A DNA stretch of 42,370 nucleotides from positions 1 to 42,370 of the IMG/VR virus record IMGVR_UViG_3300032320_002033. The stretch is one strand, 5' to 3'. Numbering within the stretch: position 1 is the stretch's first letter; every line of letters starts with the position of its first letter. This document shows positions 28,509-36,778 of this stretch, one piece after another. The DNA comes from a virus. Its lineage: Duplodnaviria; Caudoviricetes. The translations under genes were made by a program, and so were the position numbers. The notes beneath the pieces were generated by a model that was given only the letters and a program-made list of their open reading frames with translations, had not been told where the DNA came from and searched no databases.

Positions 28509-28841
28509 ATGCCTACAAGATATAAGATTTTTGGTCAACAGTCGCCCGGACCCAACACGTTAAGTAGATTATATACTGTCCCTTTGGCACAGAGTGCAGT
28601 TGTTTCTACAGTAACTGCATGTAACTATAATGTAACTAATACCACTTTTAGAATAGCGCTTGTTCCTAGTGGAAGTCCTTTATTTCCTAATGCATATATA
28701 GCATATGACACAGCATTACCTGCGCAAGATAGCATTGCACTTTCCTTAGGCATTACAATGGGAGCAAATGATTCTATTCAAGTATTTGCTTTTTCGGGTA
28801 ATGTTGCCTTTAATGCATTTGGTGCAGAGCAATTCAACTAA
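28509..28841 (+). CDS. ~110-aa putative structural adaptor, copy 2
   Basis: MP..YK..GQ..P..NT...LYTVP....A.VST...CN...FR.A..P.G...QD.IALSLGIT.G..D...FS..GNVA.N.FG.E, shared with 4294. Confidence 0.78.
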   Translation: MPTRYKIFGQQSPGPNTLSRLYTVPLAQSAVVSTVTACNYNVTNTTFRIALVPSGSPLFPNAYIAYDTALPAQDSIALSLGITMGANDSIQVFAFSGNVAFNAFGAEQFN

Positions 28842-28853
28842 TTGAAATGAAAA

Positions 28854-29780
28854 ATGAGCACAAGAAGATTTTCGACAAGAAATCACGCAGGTGAAGGTAA
28901 GCGTGCAAATTCACGTAACAATCGCTCAGATATATCTGCTCTAGGGTTCTCCGGTCCTCCAGCAATAGATTATTATCTGGTTGGAGGTGGTGGCGCAGGC
29001 AACGAAGGTGGCGGTGGTGCCGGCGGCGTCTCTTCAGGAACTATTCAAATAGGAAGCGGTGCATCTCCCAACGTAAAAGTAAATGTCTCAGTAGGTGCAG
29101 GCGGAACTGCCGGTAGTAGAGGTAGCAATACTACAGTTTCAACTCCTGTTTTTACGGGGTATGGAGTAGGCGGAGGAGGAGAGCAATCACCTGGTGGATC
29201 AGGAGGCGGCGCAAGACGAGACGTACCAAATAATGAAGGCAGAGGTTTAGGATTTCCCGGACAAGGTAATCAGGGCGGAGACGGTTCGGGTAATGAACAT
29301 GCTGGCGCAGCAGGAGGCGGTGGATTTTCCCAAGCAGGAAATAGAGGTGCTTCAGGCGGCGGTGGTCCAGGAGGAGAACGAGGCGGCAAAGGCGGTAACG
29401 GTACAACCAATAATTGGATAGGACCAACTATAGCTTATGCCGGAGGCGGTGGCGGCTCTTCTCAAAATGATATTTACGCACCACCTAGCGAAGGTGGTGG
29501 AGGCGGTGGCGGAGGACCTGGCAGAAATGGTGCAACCACTTTTGGCTTTGCGGGAAATGTAAACACCGGAGGCGGTGGCGGTGGAGCACAAAGTGGTCCA
29601 GGCGGTAATGGCGGATCTGGTACTGCGATCCTAAGATATCCTACAGCATATACAGCGGTTGCTATTACTGGAAATGTGGAAACGTTCAATAATGTGAGTG
29701 GTTATACTGTATATAAATTTAACGGTCCAGGTATTCTAAGTTTTACTCCTCTTAGAAATTATGTTGATCATTCGGATTAA
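28854..29780 (+). CDS. Glycine-rich putative adhesin
   Basis: Basic N-terminus; IDYYLVGGGGAG...YAGGGGG...NTGGGGGG...GGSGTAILRYP...YTVYKF.GPG. Confidence 0.75.
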   Translation: MSTRRFSTRNHAGEGKRANSRNNRSDISALGFSGPPAIDYYLVGGGGAGNEGGGGAGGVSSGTIQIGSGASPNVKVNVSVGAGGTAGSRGSNTTVSTPVFTGYGVGGGGEQSPGGSGGGARRDVPNNEGRGLGFPGQGNQGGDGSGNEHAGAAGGGGFSQAGNRGASGGGGPGGERGGKGGNGTTNNWIGPTIAYAGGGGGSSQNDIYAPPSEGGGGGGGGPGRNGATTFGFAGNVNTGGGGGGAQSGPGGNGGSGTAILRYPTAYTAVAITGNVETFNNVSGYTVYKFNGPGILSFTPLRNYVDHSD

Positions 29781-29788
29781 GAATAGTT

Positions 29789-30982
29789 ATGAGTATTACA
29801 AATTTCAATAGTAGAAAAATTAGTAGAACTAGATTCAATGATAGAAATCTACCTAACATCTTTTCTAAATTAGATACCTCACGACCAGTATTCATAGAAT
29901 ATGCTTTAGTAGGTGGTGGCGCAGGTGGGGGACAAGGGGGCGGTGGTGCTGGCGGTGTAGCCAGAGGAACTCTAATATTAACTACTGGTTCTAATTCTAC
30001 AGTATCAATATCTATTGGCGGTGGTGGCGGAGTAGGTAATACTCCTACTGCATCGGGTCAAGCAGGTATTCACGCTGGTTCTAATGGCAGTCCAAGTTCA
30101 ATAACTACCCCTGCAGGTAATGTGGGATTAACCTCATTGAGTATTATTGCTGCAGGCGGTGGTTCGGGTGGCGGTGCGCCAGGTGGAGGCAATCAAGGTA
30201 TGGGATGGCCTGGTGGTTCAGGTGGAGGTCATGGGCGGGATGCTAGTAATAGTATATTTTCCGCTAATCTATATGGTTTAACCCCTAATATACTACAAGG
30301 AAGTCCGGGCGGGTTTCAATCAACCGCAGGTATTTTTGGTGGGAGCCCAGGTGCTGCTACAAATCAATTAGGTGGAGCTGCAGGTGGCGGAGGTTATTCA
30401 CAAGCAGGAAGCCCAGGTCAAGCTGGAGGCGGAGATAACACGCAAGAAATTGGCGGTTATGGTGGTAATGGTTTAATTATAAATTGGAGATGGGCAAACG
30501 AAGCATTCGCTGGAGGTGGAGGCGGTGCATCTCAATCTGAAAACGGCGCAGGTGTAACTACTAACACTCCAGGTAATCCTACTAGAGGCGGTGCATTTAT
30601 GGGAGGTGTAGGTGGCATAGGTGGGGGCGGATGGGGAGGTGGACCAAAAGGTGCAAATGTTCTATATGGTGCATCTATTGCAGGTACAGGTGGTGGCGGC
30701 GGAGGAGCAACATCTCCAGGAATGAGCACTGCGGGATCTGGCGGTAGATGTATGATTCGCTATCCGGTGATATATGGTAATGCATATTCAACTGCAGGGT
30801 CTCCGAATATTATGTTAAGTCCAGATGGGAATCTTTCAAATAATCAAGGGTATTGGGTATTTACATGGACAGGACCCGGATCAATAACTTTTCCAGGTGG
30901 TCCTGCGGGCAATCAAGGCATTTCTGATAACGACGTAAGAGCTTATCTTTCTGGGGCTTTCCCGCCCGCAGGAGGAATTTAA
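29789..30982 (+). CDS. Glycine-rich putative adhesin
   Basis: Basic N-terminus; IEYALVGGGAGGG...FAGGGGG...GSGGRCMIRYP...YWVFTWTGPGSI. Confidence 0.75.
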   Translation: MSITNFNSRKISRTRFNDRNLPNIFSKLDTSRPVFIEYALVGGGAGGGQGGGGAGGVARGTLILTTGSNSTVSISIGGGGGVGNTPTASGQAGIHAGSNGSPSSITTPAGNVGLTSLSIIAAGGGSGGGAPGGGNQGMGWPGGSGGGHGRDASNSIFSANLYGLTPNILQGSPGGFQSTAGIFGGSPGAATNQLGGAAGGGGYSQAGSPGQAGGGDNTQEIGGYGGNGLIINWRWANEAFAGGGGGASQSENGAGVTTNTPGNPTRGGAFMGGVGGIGGGGWGGGPKGANVLYGASIAGTGGGGGGATSPGMSTAGSGGRCMIRYPVIYGNAYSTAGSPNIMLSPDGNLSNNQGYWVFTWTGPGSITFPGGPAGNQGISDNDVRAYLSGAFPPAGGI

Positions 30983-30998
30983 CTTATGAGAGGATAAA

Positions 30999-31412
30999 AT
31001 GGGGCATTTTGCAAAAGTAATAAACGGCATAGTTGATACTGTCATAGTTGCTGATCAAGAAGATATTGATAGTGGCAGACACGGCGATATATCTCAGTGG
31101 ATTCAAACAAGTTATAATACCAGAGGTGGAGTACATTATATCTCAGGTACAAATCAACCATCTGATAATCAAGCAAAAGCTTTAAGGAAAAATTATGCAG
31201 GTCCTGGGATGACGTACGATGCACAAAGAGACGCATTCATACCAGTAAAACCATATCCAAGTTGGATATTAAATGAACAATCTTGTACCTGGGATCCCCC
31301 GGTACAGCTACCCGCAAATGATGGTCAACCGCACCCGCAAGGTGGTGCAATTGGCTATAATTGGGACGAGGAGAATCAACAATGGGTACTAAACTGCCTA
31401 CCACTAGAATAA
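30999..31412 (+). CDS. RKNYAG-family partner protein (copy 3)
   Basis: MGHFAKV...WIQTSYNT.GG.H...LRKNYAG.G.TYDAQRDAFIP.KPYPSWILNE..C.W.PP. Confidence 0.8.
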   Translation: MGHFAKVINGIVDTVIVADQEDIDSGRHGDISQWIQTSYNTRGGVHYISGTNQPSDNQAKALRKNYAGPGMTYDAQRDAFIPVKPYPSWILNEQSCTWDPPVQLPANDGQPHPQGGAIGYNWDEENQQWVLNCLPLE

Positions 31413-31422
31413 TCAAATTTGA

Positions 31423-31445
31423 AAGCCTCGGACAAACCGGGGCTT
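31423..31445 (+). terminator. GC-rich hairpin, probable terminator of the late fibre operon
   Basis: aagcctcgg-acaaa-ccggggctt; the U-tract is weak and overlaps the next -35. Confidence 0.5.
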
Positions 31446-31472
31446 GACATCTTTCAAAACATACTATATAAT
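31444..31472 (+). promoter_or_regulatory. Consensus sigma70 promoter
   Basis: TTGACA (31444-31449), 17 bp, TATAAT (31467-31472). Confidence 0.85.
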
Positions 31473-31539
31473 TAGGCATGCGATAAGAAGGTAACCTTAT
31501 CCTCTACGTAAATTCGTAGACTTCTTAAAAGGTAAAATC

Positions 31540-32007
31540 ATGAAAAAATTAATACTGATAGGTACTCTTTGCCTTTCTAGTTTGGCAATGGCCGAAGTGA
31601 GAGTTCAAAATACAAATAAGATGCCGGGGGTAAATACGCCTGTTGCAAAAGTTATAGAATCAGTTCCAGTATACCAAGATGAAAAGGTATCAAATAAGGA
31701 TTGTACTCAGAATAATAACGAAGGAATAGGGGCTCTTTTAGGAGCTGTTATAGGTGGAGCAATTGGAGCACAACATAACGCCGTTTATGCAATTACAGGA
31801 ACAATAATTGGCGCAGGAATTGGTTCTGATATAGCTAGTCCATCCAAGGGAGCAAGGCAAGCATGTGCATCCCAAAATAGATCATATTCAAAAATAATTG
31901 GATATGATGTAAAATATGTATATGATAATTTAATATACATACAAAGACTTGATTATGATCCGGGTGTTGGTTCTTTCTTAAAGACATCGATAGCCGTTAC
32001 AAGGTGA
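31540..32007 (+). CDS. Secreted glycine-zipper 2TM protein (YcfJ-like)
   Basis: Signal peptide; AKVI...P, C, GALLGAVIGGAIG...GTIIGAGIG, C, IIGYDVKY and YDPG. Confidence 0.75.
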   Translation: MKKLILIGTLCLSSLAMAEVRVQNTNKMPGVNTPVAKVIESVPVYQDEKVSNKDCTQNNNEGIGALLGAVIGGAIGAQHNAVYAITGTIIGAGIGSDIASPSKGARQACASQNRSYSKIIGYDVKYVYDNLIYIQRLDYDPGVGSFLKTSIAVTR

Positions 32008-32033
32008 GCGTGTTCAACAACTAGGAGGAATAG

Positions 32034-32591
32034 ATGAAAATAAGCATAACTGCTTTATTCAAAGCTATTAGCCTTACGCTTTTATTATGCATGTACACAG
32101 ATGTGCCAAGTATTAGCGCCAAAACTTTAGAAATTAACGTAATAGATATACAGACACAATACGAAAGAGCAAAACAGAAACATATAAGTTTAACAAAACA
32201 AGAAAATTGTTTAACTAAAAACATATACTACGAAGCAGGCTCAGAACCCTTCGAAGGTAAAATTGCTGTTGCTCAAGTTACAATGAACAGAGTAGAATCT
32301 GGAAGATTTCCTAGTTCGATATGTGGCGTAGTATATCAAAAAGATAAAATTGAAGAAAAGACAATTTGTCAATTCAGTTGGTTTTGTGAAGATTATGCAA
32401 ATAAGCCTGTAAATAGAGAACGATGGGCAGAGAGTAAAGAAGCAGCTAGAAAAGTATTATTTAATAATGTACGTCTAGCTAAATTAGAAGGTGCTTTATA
32501 CTTTCATAATGATCAGGTAAACCCCAAATGGGGCAAACGAAAAGTAGCAAAAATAGGCAGACACATATTTTATGCAGAAAAACGAAAATAA
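32034..32591 (+). CDS. Cell wall hydrolase, SleB/Hydrolase_2 family
   Basis: CL..NIYYEA..E...G..AVAQV..NRV....FP.SIC.VVYQ...CQFSW...ALYFH...V.P.W...IG.HIFY; hydrophobic N-terminus. Confidence 0.9.
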   Translation: MKISITALFKAISLTLLLCMYTDVPSISAKTLEINVIDIQTQYERAKQKHISLTKQENCLTKNIYYEAGSEPFEGKIAVAQVTMNRVESGRFPSSICGVVYQKDKIEEKTICQFSWFCEDYANKPVNRERWAESKEAARKVLFNNVRLAKLEGALYFHNDQVNPKWGKRKVAKIGRHIFYAEKRK

Positions 32592-32793
32592 TTTGCCAAG
32601 ATATACCGCTAATGTATCAGAGATTCTTGAGGATGGATCAGCAGTATTAGATCTTCCTCAAGAACTTCTAGACGAAACTGGGTGGGAAGAAGGCACCGAA
32701 CTAATTGTTGAGGAGAAAGATGGAACAATTATTCTCTATAGAAAAGATAACAACAAAACAGGGAGCACATCTGATACAGTATTACCCCTTTAG
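32572..32793 (+). CDS. AbrB/MazE-like DNA-binding protein
   Basis: DGSAVLDLPQELLDETGWEEGTELIV...GTIIL. Confidence 0.65.
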   Translation: MQKNENNLPRYTANVSEILEDGSAVLDLPQELLDETGWEEGTELIVEEKDGTIILYRKDNNKTGSTSDTVLPL

Positions 32794-32896
32794 CAGAGAC
32801 GGGGTAGCGTGGAGATGTATTAGTTGTGGCGATATTTGGCTCAAGCAAACAAGTGCAAATACTCACATATGTGACGGGCGGTTATTAGATATATAA
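32720..32896 (+). CDS. Small Cys/His Zn-finger-like protein
   Basis: SD AGGAG before ATG 32720; WRCISCGDIW......THIC. Confidence 0.55.
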   Translation: MEQLFSIEKITTKQGAHLIQYYPFSRDGVAWRCISCGDIWLKQTSANTHICDGRLLDI

Positions 32897-32940
32897 TATT
32901 AACAACTTAATAATTATTAAAGTGTTAATTCAAAAAGTGC

Positions 32941-32969
32941 TTGACAACTGTACCATTTTGTGCTATAAT
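32941..32969 (+). promoter_or_regulatory. Consensus sigma70 promoter with extended -10 (probably a leaderless transcript)
   Basis: TTGACA (32941-32946), 17 bp, TATAAT (32964-32969) preceded by TG; ATG at 32976. Confidence 0.85.
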
Positions 32970-32975
32970 AGTGGT

Positions 32976-33281
32976 ATGATGAGAAAAAAGAGATCTGATC
33001 GTAGACATATCGTATATAGTATCACCAACACAGTAACGGGTGACTTCTATATAGGTATTACTCAGGGCTTTCGTCAGAAAGACCTTAAAATCCGTATACA
33101 AAAACATATTAGAAGAGCATTGACCGAAGATAAAAATTGGTCATTGTGCAAAGCCATTCGTAAGTTTGGCCCTGAGCAATTCTATGCACAAATTTTAGAA
33201 GTTGTACGAGGTAAACCTGTAGCACATAAACTTGAACGTGAATTTATTAATCAATATTCACCAAAACTTAATAGTCAATAA
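32976..33281 (+). CDS. GIY-YIG family nuclease-like protein
   Basis: RKKRSDR.HIVY.ITN.VTG..YIGIT...R...H...L..AIR..G...F...AH..E...I....P.LN. Confidence 0.78.
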   Translation: MMRKKRSDRRHIVYSITNTVTGDFYIGITQGFRQKDLKIRIQKHIRRALTEDKNWSLCKAIRKFGPEQFYAQILEVVRGKPVAHKLEREFINQYSPKLNSQ

Positions 33282-33290
33282 GGATATATT

Positions 33291-33629
33291 ATGAAACTCG
33301 TTATTCAAACACAAGTATATGAAAACTATGGCGCACACACTTGGGATGGCAAAGGTGAATGCCCTCAGTATTGGAAAGCTAAAGGCGGAGATGACTATTG
33401 GTATGATTTAGGCGAATATAGTCGTAGTGGGCAATCTATTCGTAGTCTAATAGATTTTTTCCGTCCTCGTGTAGAGTCAAATGATAATTACTTTCGTGAA
33501 CACATCGTGTATTTTAGTATTGAGAAGGACAGCTATCTTACTCCTTACGAGCAAGATCAACTTGATTATGATGGTCAGATTCAGTTTCCAGCTAAGCAAT
33601 TATTTATTCGAGAAGAGGTAGCAGCATGA
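33291..33629 (+). CDS. Conserved phage hypothetical protein
   Basis: MKLVI.TQ..ENYGAH.WDG.G.CPQYWK.KGG; SD AAGGA. Confidence 0.7.
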   Translation: MKLVIQTQVYENYGAHTWDGKGECPQYWKAKGGDDYWYDLGEYSRSGQSIRSLIDFFRPRVESNDNYFREHIVYFSIEKDSYLTPYEQDQLDYDGQIQFPAKQLFIREEVAA

Positions 33630-33931
33630 GTGCACAAGAAGATAAGGATAAGCGAAGCAAACGCTTGCTAAAAGATCAAAATGCAATCAATAAGCAAGTA
33701 CGTATTGCAAAAGATTACCATATGCATAAGAATGGTAAATGGAAGTATATTGAACAACCACATCGAAACCATAAGACACATATTTTGAATTGTGGTGATC
33801 CTAAATGCACAATGTGTATGAATCCTAGAAAAGCGTTTGGCGAAAAGACAATGCAGGAATTGAAATTTGAGCAAGATGTAGAAACTATACGCGATAAACG
33901 CAGCAATGGAACCCCTATGGAGAATCTATGA
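33626..33931 (+). CDS. Hypothetical protein with C..P.C..C.NPR motif
   Basis: ATGA overlap with the previous gene; basic protein. Confidence 0.65.
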   Translation: MSAQEDKDKRSKRLLKDQNAINKQVRIAKDYHMHKNGKWKYIEQPHRNHKTHILNCGDPKCTMCMNPRKAFGEKTMQELKFEQDVETIRDKRSNGTPMENL

Positions 33932-34134
33932 GTGACCGATTTGATTTGGAGCAGCAAATATTGGATTGTTGGAGAGTGACAGACGACATTAACATACTTT
34001 ATGATAGGCAGGAATATATGTCCAAAGATGAACAAATGAATTACTTACTTGGTTTGAATTCTTTATATAAGCAGAAGTTTGATATACTCTGGTCTACTTT
34101 TGAACAACTTGTTCATGACAAGAAGCTCACATGA
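33928..34134 (+). CDS. Hypothetical protein
   Basis: DRFDLEQQI..CW.V.DD...N.LLGL..LY..KF..LW..FE; SD GGAG. Confidence 0.65.
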   Translation: MSDRFDLEQQILDCWRVTDDINILYDRQEYMSKDEQMNYLLGLNSLYKQKFDILWSTFEQLVHDKKLT

Positions 34135-34143
34135 ATATATAAT
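34115..34143 (+). promoter_or_regulatory. Possible sigma70 promoter
   Basis: ATGACA (34115-34120), 17 bp, TATAAT (34138-34143). Confidence 0.5.
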
Positions 34144-34173
34144 TAGCATATAAACACTAATACGGAGATGTGA

Positions 34174-34326
34174 ATGATGCGAGAGTTTTCCTTTTATTTA
34201 GATGCATGGAAATTTTGTTATCTAAACAAAATACCATTAGACCGCATTCAAAAGCGTTCATGGGGCGTTTGGATAGTTGAGTATGGTAACAAGAAGGTGG
34301 TGGAAGCTGCGCCAGCAGTTGCATGA
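34174..34326 (+). CDS. Small hypothetical protein (50 aa, not in ORF track)
   Basis: SD GGAG; MMREFSFYLDAWKFCY...; stop overlaps the next start (ATGA). Confidence 0.6.
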   Translation: MMREFSFYLDAWKFCYLNKIPLDRIQKRSWGVWIVEYGNKKVVEAAPAVA

Positions 34327-34511
34327 GACCGCTGACTCCCCTAGAGTTAATAATCGTTTGTATATTAGCATTTGCCATTGTGATATTCCTTACTGTTGGA
34401 TTCCCTAGGCAAAATGCTAAGCACCCGTGCGAAATTATAGAACTAAACGGGTCGGCTGACTATAAAGAAGGTTGCAAAAATTTAAAGGAATGGTATGAAA
34501 AGAGCTCCTGA
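34323..34511 (+). CDS. Small single-TM protein
   Basis: LIIVCILAFAIVIFLTVG followed by two Cys. Confidence 0.6.
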   Translation: MRPLTPLELIIVCILAFAIVIFLTVGFPRQNAKHPCEIIELNGSADYKEGCKNLKEWYEKSS

Positions 34512-34713
34512 GGATAAACCTAATACAGGCATAACTATAGATTATGAAACTGCTGATAGAATAACTATTGGCAATCTACGGAATCTTTCAGAAATGCTTA
34601 AAGATGAAAATATGAGTGGGAGATATTTAAATATTGATAAGGACTATAACGACACTATTATCAATTCTATTAACAATATTTTAGATTATATGGGAGCAGC
34701 AGATGAATATTAA
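34495..34713 (+). CDS. Hypothetical protein
   Basis: SD AAGGA; ID.ETADRIT..NL motif. Confidence 0.55.
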   Translation: MKRAPEDKPNTGITIDYETADRITIGNLRNLSEMLKDENMSGRYLNIDKDYNDTIINSINNILDYMGAADEY

Positions 34714-34831
34714 AATGCTTTTACTAATTAGTATAGTATGTTTTATCACAGCATGTAATACTACAGCTGGGCTAGTAACAGGTGCAGGCAAAGATCTACA
34801 AAGCTTAGGTGGTTGGATTTCTACAAAATAA
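34703..34831 (+). CDS. Entericidin EcnA/B-like small lipoprotein (42 aa, not in ORF track)
   Basis: MNIKMLLLISIVCFITA-CNTTAGLVTGAGKDLQSLGGWISTK: lipobox plus the CNT...G.GKD...G pattern. Confidence 0.7.
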   Translation: MNIKMLLLISIVCFITACNTTAGLVTGAGKDLQSLGGWISTK

Positions 34832-34843
34832 CGAGGATATATT

Positions 34844-35020
34844 ATGATTACGAAACAGTATTTTACAAGCAAAGATGAATATATTGCAGTATTACAGACA
34901 GAGGCAGAAACTCTACGTCGCTATTACTATAACCCTAGTACTGAAGGCACTGGTCATTTTAATACTGCAATATCTGTATTAGAACAACGTATTCAAGAAT
35001 TGCAAGATGAAAGAGCCTGA
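34844..35020 (+). CDS. Small hypothetical protein (58 aa, not in ORF track)
   Basis: SD GAGGA; ...EGTGHFNTAISVLEQRIQEL. Confidence 0.65.
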   Translation: MITKQYFTSKDEYIAVLQTEAETLRRYYYNPSTEGTGHFNTAISVLEQRIQELQDERA

Positions 35021-35144
35021 ACTAAAGAAGTTCATATGTAAAGTGTGTAAAACACAATACTTTGATACTAAACTTTATTTCTTTGGTAATAAATCTGAAA
35101 AATGTCTTTGGTGTACTAAATATCCTAAAAAGATAAAAAAATGA
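35007..35144 (+). CDS. Small CxxC...CxxC protein (45 aa, not in ORF track)
   Basis: FICKVCKT...EKCLWCTKYP; overlaps both neighbours. Confidence 0.55.
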   Translation: MKEPELKKFICKVCKTQYFDTKLYFFGNKSEKCLWCTKYPKKIKK

Positions 35145-35971
35145 AATTGAAAAATGCTATATTGGCATCTTTATTATGTTCTATTATTCCTGCTCATGCG
35201 GAATGGTATAAAACTTCAGCAGATGAATACTTCGGTCCCGAAGTATCAGAAAAGACTGCTTGTCGCAATGCTGAGAACACAGCATTAAGCGGAGCTATTC
35301 AAAGAGCAACAGGTCAAACTATTACTGCATCACAATTTCAGATATGCAACGACACTAATAAGTATAAGACTGCAAATAAAGATATATGTCAATTGTTGAC
35401 TTCAACATCTGCAACCACAGAAGGAATAGTTGTTGCAATCAGAGATAAATCTCAAGAAGTTATACAATTAACTAATCAAAGAATATGCAGAGTGTCTCTT
35501 GAAGCAGATATTAAAAGAGATGCTGGTCAAATAGATACAAGCTTTGACCCCGAGATTCGATTAGAAAAGACAATGCTCAAAGATGGTGAAACAGTTAGAG
35601 TTATTGTAAGACCAAACGTTCCATTGTATATAACTTTATTTGTATACTCACCGTATCTTCAAGAATTCGAACAGGTTCAAAGAATATATCCAAACAACTT
35701 TGAACCTAGTAAAAGAATTAAACACTATACAGAATTCCCATCAAGAGATTCTGCCTACTCGTTTAATGCATATTTTCCTTCGTCGTATGACGATACCGAG
35801 CAAGTAGGGGAAATATTAATTGCTGTAGCAACAAAGACAGAAATTCCTTTTAGAACACGTTTTAACTTTGCGGAATTTAATTCCCGTTTGCAAGAGATTC
35901 CAAAGAGTGATCGAAGGATAGTTAAAATACCTTATTTCATTGCATCATCTAAATCTGAGAAGTTTCGTTAA
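35141..35971 (+). CDS. Secreted protein with FlgT-N/LPP20-like N-terminus and DUF4384-like C-terminus
   Basis: Signal peptide (AHA-E); AC..AE..AL..AI....G; GE.V.V.V......YI.LF......V..IYPN.F. Confidence 0.55.
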   Translation: MKLKNAILASLLCSIIPAHAEWYKTSADEYFGPEVSEKTACRNAENTALSGAIQRATGQTITASQFQICNDTNKYKTANKDICQLLTSTSATTEGIVVAIRDKSQEVIQLTNQRICRVSLEADIKRDAGQIDTSFDPEIRLEKTMLKDGETVRVIVRPNVPLYITLFVYSPYLQEFEQVQRIYPNNFEPSKRIKHYTEFPSRDSAYSFNAYFPSSYDDTEQVGEILIAVATKTEIPFRTRFNFAEFNSRLQEIPKSDRRIVKIPYFIASSKSEKFR

Positions 35972-35973
35972 TT

Positions 35974-36573
35974 ATGAAAGATATCAAAATGAGAAATCTA
36001 ACTATAATCGCAGCCATGCTAGCAATGGTAGGATGTAGTACCCCTAGCCCAGGTTCACGTGAAGCAATTCATAAAGAAATGGTTAAGTCTGTAGACAATA
36101 TGCCTAGTTGGTATACTAAACCACCAAAGGATCCTGAAGCCCTTTATGATCGTGCATCAGCTAGATCTCGAGATATGCAAATGGCAATTAATAAAGCCCT
36201 TATGCTAGCAAGAGCACAGATGGCAGTAACAATTGACGGTGAGATTAATTCTACAATGAAATTATTCATGGATGAGATAGGGCCCTCGCGTTCTGCAGAT
36301 GTTTCTAATCAGGCATCCGTAACTACATATCAAGATGCGTTGTTAGTTAAGCTATCTGGTCTTCAGCAAGAGGATGCTAAGATTCTAGTAGAAGGCGATC
36401 AATATGTTGCATATGTATTGATTAAATATCCAATAGGTGAAATGAATAAAATGCTGATGGATCGAGTCCATCAGAACAATGCATTGGCAGCTAAATTGCG
36501 AGCAAGTGCATCATTTAAAGAACTAGAAAGAAAAGTTGAAGAGGCACGTAAACGTGAGATGAAAAATGATTAA
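35974..36573 (+). CDS. LPP20-like lipoprotein
   Basis: Lipobox MVG-C (start possibly 35989); MPSWY..PP and A.S.D.QMA..KA...AR..MA. Confidence 0.7.
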   Translation: MKDIKMRNLTIIAAMLAMVGCSTPSPGSREAIHKEMVKSVDNMPSWYTKPPKDPEALYDRASARSRDMQMAINKALMLARAQMAVTIDGEINSTMKLFMDEIGPSRSADVSNQASVTTYQDALLVKLSGLQQEDAKILVEGDQYVAYVLIKYPIGEMNKMLMDRVHQNNALAAKLRASASFKELERKVEEARKREMKND

Positions 36574-36778
36574 ATTTATATTGCTTATTTTACTCGTTTT
36601 AATGTTACCCATTATTGCAATTAAACGAGGCGAGCTAAATGAGTCACAAAAGAACTTTGATAACTGCTTAACATATTTTGACCGCATGCCTTTGCACGAA
36701 ATCAAACCGTTATGTCGAGATATATTAGATGGTGTTAAGAAAACTGATCCGTTTGAGGATCCGGAGCTACATAGATGA
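36566..36778 (+). CDS. Small membrane-anchored protein
   Basis: N-terminal hydrophobic helix and two Cys. Confidence 0.55.
   Translation: MIKFILLILLVLMLPIIAIKRGELNESQKNFDNCLTYFDRMPLHEIKPLCRDILDGVKKTDPFEDPELHR

Noticed and set aside
4893-30729. Pro-rich minus-strand ORFs (e.g. 4893-5495, 22542-22760, 29474-29689, 30532-30729) and other antisense ORFs in the track
   Set aside because: They are shadows of Gly-codon runs or of well-supported + strand genes, with no RBS, promoter or motif support.
32572-32896. AbrB/MazE-like gene plus downstream small ORF as a toxin-antitoxin pair
   Set aside because: The downstream ORF is a small Cys/His protein with no MazF, PIN or RelE-like features.
164-32975. 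Several ORF-track start positions (164, 3676, 10910, 15576, 17702, 20156, 20578, 21973, 32705, 32922)
   Set aside because: Alternative starts fit the SD sites, gene overlaps, lipobox, paralogue N-termini or promoter positions better; the first ORF is open from the window edge.
22036-33281. The two GIY-YIG genes as mobile homing endonucleases
   Set aside because: Both are short, catalytic-domain-only proteins with no evident DNA-binding extension or intron context, so mobility cannot be supported.
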